In this document: positions 1 to 12,300 of the stretch, piece after piece
Numbering within the stretch: the stretch's first letter is position 1
Layout: each line of letters opens with the position of its first letter
Assembly (NCBI GenBank): GCA_964016885.1
Contig: OZ024761.1
Coordinates: forward strand, 7,192,001 to 7,256,000
From: Eledone cirrhosa
Lineage: Eukaryota
Direction of reading: 5' to 3'
DNA length: 64,000 nucleotides
Notes under the pieces: generated by a model
Told to the model about the DNA's origin: nothing
Seen by the model: only the letters and a program-made list of their open reading frames with translations
Databases searched by the model: none
Made by a program: the position numbers and the translations under genes

Positions 1-271
1 TATATATATATATATATCATCATTTAACATGCATTTTCCATGCTAGCAAGGGTTTTCACAGACATGTTTCTCAAGCCTGTATCTCACATATCATCCCACA
101 CTCTACTGACCTCTCAGATGGGCTGGAGGCCCCTGCATCTCATTTCCATACCACCCATCACTTTACCATCTGTTCAAGTCCCCAGACAGGCCTGTGACCC
201 ACATCAGAGGAGAGATAAAGGTAATAATGTAATGAAATATTAGTTATAATGACACAGAAAGTAGAACTTAC

Positions 272-330
272 ATCGAATGTCTAAGAATTCTGTGAGGAAA
301 TTATCGCAGCCTCCAACACAGCCAACATAA
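272..330 (-). CDS. TOP3A: TOP3A exon O ([20 protein letters not shown])
   Basis: ttccag|T ... T|gtaagt; 59 nt. Confidence 0.92.
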
Positions 331-3300
331 CTGGAATAGAGAAAGAGAGGGAGATGGTAACAACTGATCCACTATTGGGGGAGAGGGAGAGTCTGTCAGA
401 CAAAGAAAAGTGAGAGCATGGAAGAGAGAGAGAGAGGAAGACAGAAAGAACCAAGTGTTCCCAGAGGCCAGGGGGTCAACAACAGAGATACATTTGACCC
501 CAGGACTCTAAATGTTCCCAGAGGGTCAACAACACAGATACATTTGACCCTAGGACTCTACCAAATGTTCCCAGAGGGTCAACAACACAGATATATTTGA
601 CCCCAGGACTCTACCAAATGTTCCCAGAGGGTCAACAACACAGATATATTTGACCCCAGGACTCTACCAAATGTTCCCAGAGGGTCAACAACACACATGC
701 ATTTGACCCCAGGACTCTACCAAATGTTCCCAGAGGGTCAACAACACAGATACATTTGACCCCAGGACTCTACCAAATGTTCCCAGAGGGTCAACAACAC
801 AGATATATTTGACCCCAGGACTCTACCAAATGTTCCCAGAGGGTCAACAACACAGATATATTTGACCCCAGGACTCTACCAAATGTTCCCAGAGGGTCAA
901 CAACACAGATACATTTGACCCCAGGACTCTACCAAATGTTCCCAGAGGGTCAACAACACAGATATATTTGACCCCAGGACTCTACCAAATGTTCCCAGAG
1001 GGTCAACAACACAGATATATTTGACCCCAGGACTCTACCAAATGTTCCCAGAGGGTCAACAACACAGATATATTTGACCCCAGGACTCTACCAAATGTTC
1101 CCAGAGGGTCAACAACACAGATATATTTGACCCCAGGACTCTACCAAATGTTCCCAGAGGGTCAACAACACAGATATATTTGACCCCAGGACTCTACCAA
1201 ATGTTACCAGAGGGTCAACAACACAGATATATTTGACCCCAGGACTCTACCAAATGATAATCAAAAGAAAACTATATTTACTCTGTCGGAATCATGGGTG
1301 GCACGTCTCCTGGTCGGAATTTGAACCGTAACAAATGGACCGGTCCTGGTTGACACTGGAAAGAGGAGACATAAGGAATATATTAGACAGGTGGCGGTTG
1401 ACATTGGGAGGGGGAGGTATTGGGGTTGGGGTGGCGCGATATTGGGGTGGGGGGTATTGGCGGAGAGGTATTGGGGTGTATTAGGAGGGGGTATGGGGAC
1501 ACTGGGGGGACACGTGGGGGGGGGGGGGATTGTTACATGTTTCTATGACAACCAGTACATCACCAGCACTACCACCACCATCACCTCTCCCCCACCATCA
1601 CTACAGCTACCATCACCCCTCCCCCACCACCATCATTACTACCACTACTATCACCCCTCCCCCACTATCACTACCACCACCATCATCATCATCATCAACA
1701 ACACTAACATTATCACCACAACTACCAACATCATCATCCCCACCACCATTACCAACATTTTCACCACCATCACTACCACCACCACCACCACTACCACCAA
1801 CATCACCACCACAACCACCACCAACATCACCACCACAACCACCACCACCACCACTACCACCAACATCACCACCACAACCACCACCACCACTACCACCACT
1901 ACAACCACCAATACCACCACCACCAACAACAACGCCACCACCACCACTACCACCACCAACCAATAACACCACCACCACCACCACCACTACACCACACCAC
2001 CACTACCACCATTACACCACCACCACCCCCAACAACAACACCGCCGCCACCACCACCACCACCACTACCACCACCACCAACAACAACAACACCACCATCA
2101 TCACCATCACAAGTTGGAGGAGACAAAATTTGATAAAGTTATTTACCTGTGAACAAACTGTGCTTTCAACTTGAACATTGAGGATCCCCTCAGGGAACCA
2201 GATGGCATTGCGACAGTCAGGGAACCCTACACAGCCAAGGTAGTAACTAGAAATATAGGGATCATACATATATATATTTTCATTTCATTTCATTTTATTT
2301 TACGTCCACTTTTTCCCTGCTTGCAAGGGTGGGACGGGAACTGATTCTGGCTTGATCTCTACAGCTGGATGCCCTTCCTAACACCAACCTCATTTACAGT
2401 GAGTGCTGGGTGCTTTTTTGCCGTGGTACCTCCACGACCACTTTGCAGTGGAATGATAGGGACCCCAGTCCCTATCATCTCATTTCTACAGCTGAGTAAA
2501 CTGGAGCAATGTGAAATAAAGTGCCTTGCTCAAGGAAACAACACATCACCCGGTCTGAGGATTGAACTCACAACCATTCGATTGCAAGGCCAATGCTCTA
2601 ACCATTAAGCCATGTGCCTATATATATACATATATAAACATATTTTTGGAATTTGAATTAGTTGTGCAAGATTTCTTAGGTGAAAAAGTGTGTTGAAACA
2701 TTATACTTTGGTAGGGTCATGTTGCCAATAAAAACACACACACCTGTTGGTTTTCACTTCAATTTATTATAAGTTTGCGCTTGGTTGGTTGATTCGATAA
2801 CTGGATGGTTGTTTATATATTGTCAAAGCTCTTTCGTCACACATTCTGTGACCTCCTCAGTGACTAGGTTTTTTTTGTGTGTGTCTTTCCTTTGTTCTGT
2901 TCTACACCATCTTGTTTTTGTGATGGTAGGCAAGCTGGGAGGCAAGTCCGGCCAGAGTTGGCCACGCCATACCTGCCTCTGACAAGGACTGTAACTTTAG
3001 CCAGGTATTTTACAGCTGGATTCCCTTCCTAACACAAACCACATTTACATATATATATTCTGTCATTACCACAACAGAAGTCTGACGAGCTTTTGATTCC
3101 AGAGTCGAGTTGGGCTAGATCGATACAGATCAAACCTTGAGCTGATCAATAGCGAAATGCACGTCACTAGTCAATAAATGTAATGAAGACATAACAAATT
3201 GTCCTTTTTATTGTTATACCAGACAACCCATGACCCGTTGGGTCACGTTCACTTAAAAATAATTTTTAAATAATTAAAATATACACAGACATGTATATAA

Positions 3301-6300
3301 TGTGAAATGAAACTGGAAGTTTCATTTCACATTATATACATGTCTGTGTATGTATATAAGTGTGTGTGTTTGTATACATATATATGTATGCATGTGTGTG
3401 TGTATATATATATATACGAGGTGTGTCAGAAAATTCCAGGACTGATGTCACAAAAGATTTATTTCAAACCCAAACTTCACACTAAGAGTTTTCTCTTTCG
3501 AAGTAATCCCCCTGGAGTATGTAACTGTAATCTTAGCTCTCTGCAGCGATCAAACTTTTTTCTTCATAATTTTATATACATGTTCTCTGTTTCAGGTCGT
3601 CAAGCAATGAGCACAGAGCAACGAACAAACTTGAAAACTCCGTCAGAAGCACTGGGATTGCTGCAGCAAGTGTATGGAGATGAGACGATGTCACACTCAC
3701 GTGTTTTTGAGTGGTGCAAGAGGTTTAAAGAAGGACGCGAGGACGTGGAAGATGACCCCAGGAGCGGAAGGCCCTTAACAATCAGGACTGAGGTCAACGT
3801 TGAGTGCGTCAGGCAGATGGTGCGTAGCAATCGTCGGCTGACTGTTCGACTGATGGCAAATGAGCTGGGCATAAATCGGGACAGCGTCTGGAAGATTCTC
3901 ACTGAAGATTTGGACATGCGGAAAGTCTACGCGCAGATGGTGCCAAAACTGCTGAACGATGACAAGAAGGGTCGACGTATGCAAGTGTGCCAGGACATCC
4001 TTGAGTGTCTTGAAACCGAACCAGACTTGCTAGGAACAGTCATCACCGGTGATGAGTCATGGATCTTCGAGTACGACCCGGAGGGGACCCGTTTTGAAGA
4101 CGTGGATGACATCAAAAAGGTTGTGACAACGGAACTGCGGAGGATCCCGGAAGAATCCTTCCAGGAGTGCATGCAAGCGTGGCATAAAAGGATGGAAAAG
4201 TGCATTAGACTCCAGAGGGATTACTTTGAAGGAGAAAACTCTTAGTGTGAAGTTTGGGTTTGAAATAAATCTTTTGTGACATTAGTCCTGGAACTTTTCT
4301 AACCCACCTCATATGTGGGTATCTGTGATCTATATACACTGGTCATAGGCACACACACACACGTTGTTGTGTATATATATATGTGTGTGTTTATATATGT
4401 ATATATATATAAACACACACAACACCACCACCATCAGCTCTCTCTCTTCCATTCTCCTTCTCTGTCTCATCACCCTCTCTCTATGTCTCTCTTTCAATCT
4501 ACTCTCTCACAACCACTATCTCTTACTCTCTCTCTCTGTTTATGAAAGTACCCAGAAAACCCCATATCTCAGGAACCCGTGCTCCAATTTACGCAAAACT
4601 TGTTTTTTTCTATTTGTATTCCCATTTTAGGGGCAACTTTCTTTCAAAGTATTTTCCCATTATGCGCGCTTTTGGCTGTATTACATTACAAACAAGCAAG
4701 CAATCACAGAGTTTTAGTAATAGATAGATTTCTTTATTTACCATAAAGGCATAAAAAGAAGGGACAAATACAAAGGGGGAGTTTACATATAATCGAGTAA
4801 AAAGGGTGTAACATGAAAATAATCGAAAATAACCTCAAAAGGGAGGGGACGTGATGGGGGTTGCACATACCCCCGAAAAAGTGTGCAATCCTTTGCCCGG
4901 GGAGCACATGGAGAAGGTGCTCCCCTCTCCTTTACTTCTTTACCTACAGGATGGTATACAGAGAAGGCCCATTTACACGAGCCATTCTCGCCACTATCAC
5001 CCACCTTTCATAAAACTGCCTGTGGCCAAGCACCTATCTCTCCATTCTTATCCTTCTTCCGAAGTGATATCGGAAGAAGTAGACCAGACTATGGCCAGAG
5101 AGGAAGTTGCCTGACCTCAGACCTTTCAATCGTGTCCACCAAACAACCTCTTTCAACATGGCTATTACGCACAGAAAAACCGCCTTTGCTTCCTTTGTGA
5201 AGAGGGGAGGCGGTTTGATTGTCATCACGGATTCGGCGGTCAATTTAATCGGCGCCACCCGCGACAGCAGTCGTTCGGCGTAGCCCCACAGATCAGCCAC
5301 GCCCGGACATTGCACCAATGCGTGCGCAACGGCTTCTTCGTGACGCACGCATCTAGGGCAAATCTTTTTTGAGGGATCCCTGCCCGGGCGCCCGTGTCTG
5401 TAGAGCCTCTCTCGAACGGGTAGAGCCCCCCGGTAGCACTGCCAGGCCAGTGACTTCTGGAAGTTGTCCATTGGTCCTGGGCCGAAAGTCCTACCGAACA
5501 GGCTGGCCAGTTCATCTTCTTCCATGTCCAGCGACTCTCCAAGGGTGTCATCGCCCCTGCTAGCCACCAGCCCTCTATAGAATGATGAGGTGGATTTTCC
5601 ACCAATGGCCTGGCCCGCTTGCCAGAGAGCCCTGAGCGCCTGAGCACACTCAGAGTGCCAGTCTCCCAGTTTTCCGGATCTTTGCTTGACCCAGGACTGT
5701 AGCTCGGTGAGTGAGACGAGTCTCGGAAAGGCTCGTTTCACAAACGGAGCCCACACCGGTTGACCAGTGAGGAATACCTGTAGGTGCCGTAGCCTTAATG
5801 CGTGCCTACGCATCATCAACCACGGCATCCCCAGCCCTCCTTTCGAAGGTTGTTGGCAGCAGATGGATCTTCTCACCATAGGAGGGCGCTTCTTCCAAAG
5901 AAATTGGAAGAGCATGCGTTCCATGGTGGTGAGTGTTTCCTTAGGGCAAGGCACGACAGTCAGGCGGTAGTAAGTGACAGACGCTATGTAAATGTTCGCC
6001 ACCTCCGCCCGGCCTTTTAGGGACAGCTTACACTTGGCCCATTTCTGGGTTAGTGCAAACACCTTGTTCGTAACCTCGTTCCAGTTCTTTTCCACCTGGA
6101 GGTCCGGTCCAAACCAGACCCCAAGCAACTTTACCGGGCCCTCCGTCCAGTGTCCGACGACACCGTCAGGAGGCATCGGTCTGCCTCTCCACGTTCCGAG
6201 TTGCAGCCCGATGGATTTTTCCCGGTTCAGTTTCGCTCCTGACATGACAACCTTTCGTACTCCTCCAGTAAGGTACCGATCGCCTCGATCTCCGAGTCGG

Positions 6301-9300
6301 TCGATACCATTACTGTTACGTCATCGGCGTAGGCCGACACCGCTTTGCTAAATCCTGGTTCCAGGGGGATACCCTGCAACAACTCGAACTTCCTCAGTAA
6401 AGGTTCGAGAGTCAATACGTACAGAAGGGAGGAGAGAGGGCACCCCTGTCGAATGGATCGTGTGATTTCGAACGGCTTCGAAAGGTAGCCGTTCACCTTG
6501 ATCCTAGAACAGATGCGGTTGCTATGTAAGGCAGTGATCCAGCCTCTGAAAACAGGACCGAACCCAGCCGCCGCTAGCACCGCATTCAGGTAACCATGGT
6601 CGACCCTATCGAAGGCCTTAGACTGATCCAAGTTGATCAGGGCCCCACCGAAGCCGGGTTTGTTGCCAACCCTCTCTATGATGTATCGCATGAGGTGGAG
6701 GTTATCGTGAATGGACCTGGATGGGATAGCACATGTCTGCGCATCTCCCACCAGGCCACCCACGACAAGCGCCAACCTCTTTGCTAACACCTTGGCCAAA
6801 ATCTTTAACTCTGTGTTTAGCAGGGTTATGGGCCGAAAATTATTTATACTATCCCCCTTGTTCTCGTCCTTCCTCACCAGCGTGACTACACCCTTGGCTA
6901 CAGAACAAGGAATTCTCCCGTTCTGCTGCCAATTGCAGTAGACCACTTCGAGGAGTTCGGAGAAGACCGGCATTGCTAAATAAAGTTCGTAAGGTATACC
7001 ATCGAGACCTGGAGATTTGCGTCTGCTGCATTGGCTCAGCGCATCTCCGATCTCATCAGCCGAGATTGGTCCCTCGCAGGACTCTGCCTCTTTGCTCGAG
7101 AGACGCGGCAGGCCGTCGAGGTATGGACCCAAATCCACGCCCCCGCCCGGACCCTCGCCTCCCCCGAACAATCGGGCAAAGTGCCTTTGAAAGGCCTCGC
7201 ACATCTGCTTAGGCTCCCGGATCACCCGTCCATCTTCGTCTTGCAACGACCGGATGGTGGATCGATTTCCACTCTTAGCTTCTGTCACGCGGGCCCAGCC
7301 AACGGCTTTGGCCCCCTCATTACCTAGAGCACGTATTTTACTTCGAATGACGCAGCCTTCGTGCTTTGCATCGAAAAACTGGTTCAAGGCCGTCCTCGAT
7401 GCCAGCACTCTGGCCACATCTTCGCTCTTGATTGCCTCTTCTAATTTACCTGTTAATTCTTTCTCGTTTCTATTCCTATCGGCAGCTAACATCTTGCTAT
7501 AACTTATTGATTCTGTTCTAATCTCTCTTTTGAGAGATGCCCACCATCGGTTGTTGACGATTGCACCCGTCAACCTCTCCTTAACTAATCTGCTAATCCG
7601 GTTTCTGTAAGTCTCTTTTGCCGGTAAAGACAAATTAAGTTTCCAGTAACCGGGACCCTGTTTATGTGTTTTCTCGAGATTGACTACGCAGGTCACTAAT
7701 TTGTGATCCGTGTAGCCAACCGTGCGCATTTCTGGACAGCTTAATATGTCCCTATCCTTACCTCTGACTAAGAATCTATCTAAGTACGATCTAGATTGAC
7801 CACTGTGGTTTCTCCAAGTCCAGGTAGGCACAGTTGAAAAATCTAGTCGATATCTATCGACCAAGTTAAAACGGTCGAGTAACCCCTTGAGGCTGTTACA
7901 CCCCCCTCTATTAGGACATGCTCCTGCATAGTCCCAACGTGCATCTAGGATGTCATTCCAATCCCCCGCTAGAAGCAGGGAACGCGACGTTCCCAGAAAA
8001 GTCTCCAAACGCTGGAAGAAGTCGGGCCGTTCAGCTCTGAAAGGGGAGTAGACGGCGACCAGTCTCAAGGCCGCACTTTCACTACTGTCAACGTCTAGCA
8101 CCAACAAACGACCCTCCGGGTCCGAGTGCACAATCTGTACGGCAAGACCCAGGTGTTTTTGCAGCAGTACGACAACCCCACCCCCACCTCCAGCTTGACA
8201 GAGAGATGCATGCACCTCAAAGTCATCGAAGGTGGGGGCCAGCTGCGGCACGACGCTGATTCGAGTCTCACAGATAACCATTACATTTATACTACATGAC
8301 CTGAGGTCATTTAGAAGCTTTGCTTGCTTCCAAGTTGAGCCCAGGCCACGTGCATTCAAACATCCTACTCTTAACACATCCATGTGGGCGGCAGAGCCAA
8401 AGGAGAGTGTAGAGACCTACCTTTCCGCTTCCCGGGGTTCGGGTTGCACGACTTCCATGGGGTCGGGGGTGTTGGGTGAAGGGGTGTCTTGTGGTGGTGT
8501 GGGGTCGTCAGTGTGTGGTGGGGTTGGGGTGTTTGGAGTTGTGTTGGGGAGGGGAAGAGGAGGGGGAAAGCTTTTTAGTAGGACGCGGTTTATGGGTTTG
8601 ACAGAGGGTGGTCCTACGTCCTCCTTAAAATCCTTTTTTAGTTTTTGGTAGAGGTTCATTGGGATCTTTATTAATTTTAAATGTGGGTAGTTTTCTGAGG
8701 AAACAAAGTTTACCCCTTCGGTTTGTACCGAAGGATTATTGTATATGAGTTCATTTAATTTATTATTGTTTCTGTTGATGTAAGTATAGTGTAATGTCTT
8801 TTTTTCGGATGGTGTGAGTGTTTCGAAGAGGGGAGGGGCAGGTTTGGTTTTGTTTGTTGCTGGAGGGGTGTTTTCTGTTTTGTTGGATTGTGTTGAGATT
8901 TGGGTGGGGGTTGTTTGGCTTTGTGTGTTTTGCACATGTTTTCTTTTTTTCCTTTTAATCTGTCTGAAGGACTCCGTTTCTTCCTCCGAATTCGTTGGGT
9001 TATCTTCAGTGTTGGAGGGAAGAGGTATGTTTGCTGGTACTGTTTCCGTGTTGGTTTTCTTTGTGGGGGAGATGGATGTCACTATGTTAGACTGTGTTGT
9101 GTGTTGTGTCTGCGGTGGTTGTGTTGTTTTATTGAGTGAGAGGTTGGGTGGGCCTGTATTTTGTTTTGGGGTAATGTGTTGTGACTGTTTGTGTTGTGGT
9201 GGTGGTGTGGTTTTACTGAGGGACGGGTTGGGTGGGACTGAGTTTTGTTGTTTGTTTATCTGTTGTGGTGGTGGTGGTGGAGCTGGTGGTGGAGCTGGTG

Positions 9301-12300
9301 TTGGTAGCAGGGTTTTCTTTTTGTTGAGTTGGGGACAAGCGGCCTTCAGGTGCCCTCTGCCTGCACAGATATGGCAGGACGGCCTTCTCCCCTCCACGCT
9401 AATGTTTATATACCCGTGGTCCTCTAATAGGATTCTGTCGGGTATTTGGGCGATGCGTTCAGGCTTCATTTGCACTACCAGCTCTATACCTGTTCCACTG
9501 AACGCATTGCCTGTGGTTTTCCCAATGGAAATCACGTTGTCATTCACTGGATCGATGAAGCCAGCTATGAGCCAGCAGTAGTCCACATCTGGCATCATTG
9601 CATCCAGCCATATGCGTTGAGTTCTTTTACCCATATAAGATGGATAAAAGGTAAAATTTTTCGAACGAATCGGTGACAAAGCACATTTTTTTGCCGCCGA
9701 TTCGTTCTTCATGATAATTGCTAGGCTTCCATACAGTCTGTCTTTTCTTATGAAAGTGGTTTCATTAAGTACTTCTGTGAGTACTGTTTTGATATCTGCT
9801 TGAGAAGGCTGTTCAGGTTTTTTTGTACTGTTGTTGATGGTCCGAAACTTGACCGTTCGGCTTTCAATGTCTTTGGTGAATTCTTGAGGCATTTTTACCG
9901 ATAAAATACCATTCTCTCCTTCACTTATGTATTGTTTGGCGTCTGTGATCCTTCGTGCCACATCTGAAATATTTTCCGCTATATAAGTCAAAGATTTCTT
10001 TGTTTTCTGTGCAAATGAAATCTTGTCGTCTGCTTTGCTTTCTGTTATGGTGTTATTTTCAAATATTATTTTTGTGTTTGTTGTGTCTTTGTTTGTGTTA
10101 TTAGTATTGTCATGCAATTTTTCAAATTTTTTTTTTCCGTTGTTGGAATCCATGTCCAGATTTGTTTTCGTCATTTTTTTTCTCCGCAGATTCGTCTGTT
10201 TTTATTTTAATTTTTCCTTCCTTCTCTATGACGTTAGTTGGGAAGGAAGGGGGGACTAAAGCGTGCGAGCTTACAACTCTTACCGCTGTCCCCCCACCAC
10301 TATTTTCGTTCGCTGCGTTTAACATTTCTGTTAGACGATTGAAATTTTTTACACAAAATTTTTTAAAACAGGTTTTTTCACCTCTAGGAGGGGTAAAGAT
10401 GAGCTGACCCACCGCCTGACAGTTCAGACGGAGGGTCAAGCTACACAATTGTATCAAAATTAAGTTTGAACTCACAAAATTTCCTCAATAAATTTGAACA
10501 AAACTTCTGTGTGAAGTGAATTACATCCACACTGTAGAACAGACGACAGCTAGATTAGAGAGAGTTTTAGTAATAGATAGATAGATAGATAGATAGATAT
10601 GTGTGTCACATATATATAGGAGAAAAATAATAGAGTATATTTAAGTAAATGTGTATGTGTATCTGTGTGTTTGTATGTATGGATGTCTATATATAAGCAT
10701 GTATATGTCTGTGTGTGTGTATGTATGTATGTCTATATATAAGCATGTGTATGTCTGTGTGTGTGTGTGTGTATGGATGTCTGTATATTAGCATGTATAT
10801 GTCTGTGTGTGTGTATGTATGTATGTCTATATATAAGCATGTGTATGTCTGTGTGTGTGTGTATGTATGGATGTCTATATATATGCATGTATATGTCTGT
10901 GTGTGTGTGTGTATGTATGTCTATATATAAGCATGTGTATGTGTGTGTGTATGTATGTCTGTATATTAGCATGTATATGTCTGTGTGTGTGCGTGTATGG
11001 ATGTCTATATATAAGCATGTATGTATATGTCTGTGTGTGTGTATGTATGTCTATATATAAGCATGTGTATGTCTGTGTGTGTATGTATGTCTATATATAA
11101 GCATGTATATGTCTGTGTGTGTATGTATGTATGTCTATATATAAGCATGTGTATGTCTGTGTGTGTATGTATGGATGTATGTCTATATATAAGCATATAT
11201 ATGTCTGTGTGTGTGAATGGATGTCTATATATAAACATGTATGTATATGTCTGTGTGTGTGTATGTATGTATGCCTATATATAAGCATGTGTATACCTGT
11301 GTGTGTGTGTATGTATGTCTATATATAAGCATGTATATGTTTGTGTGTGTGTGTATGGATGTCTATATATAAGCATGTATATGTCTGTGTGTTTGTATGC
11401 ATGGATGTCTTGTCTATATATAAGCATGTATATGTCTGTGTGTGTGTGTGTGTATAGATGTCTATATATAAGCATGTATGTATATGTCTGTATGTGTGTG
11501 TGTGTGTGTATGTATTCCCAACATCATCCACTACAACAACAACCAACAATAACTGCAACAATAACTACAACAACTACAACAACAATAAGTGCTGAGTAAA
11601 GAAAGTTCCAACTCACCCTTTTCCATTTTTCCTCTGCCTCAGTAGCATATCCTGGTTACATTTGGGGCAACGTTTCACTGACTCTATTGTCGCCATGGTT
11701 TCTTCAACACCTAGATGCAATACAAGAGAGGAGATTACGTTGGTATGGACATGTGATGAGTATGAAGGATGACAACTGCATAAAAAGGTGCTCAAAGTTG
11801 ATGGAAGCCTTGGTGTGGGGAGAGCCAGGAGGACTTAAAGCTGACCTGCCCCAATTGCACCTCTCAAAGGTGATGACACACGACTGAGATCTCTGGCTAT
11901 GTGGTAATACAGAAGACCTGACTCCTCATGGACACAGGCCGAAGCTGAAGTATATATAAAGTATGCACCACCCTATCCATCTCTCATGAGGACAGGACCA
12001 AAACACCGTAAAGTGGTTGTGTAGATGTCATGAGAAAAAGCACCCAGTCCACACTATAAAGTGGTTGTGTAGGTGTCATGAGAAAAAGCACCCAGTCCAC
12101 ACTATAAAGTGGTTGTGTAGGTGTCATGAGAAAAAGCACCCAGTCCACACTATAAAGTGGTCGTGTAGGTGTCATGAGAAAAAGCACCCAGTCCACACTA
12201 TAAAGTGGTTGTGTAGGTGTCATGAGAAAAAGCACCCAGTCCACACTATAAAGTGGTTGTGTAGGTGTCATGAGAAAAAGCACCCAGTCCACACTATAAA

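Larger units (their letters stand above)
4730..10560 (-). mobile_element. Full-length L1/Tx1-type non-LTR retrotransposon with a target-site duplication of up to 22 bp
   Basis: ORF1 plus APE-RT ORF2; agagttttagtaatagatagat at both 4708-4729 and 10561-10582; AATAAA just before the 3' end. Confidence 0.93.
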
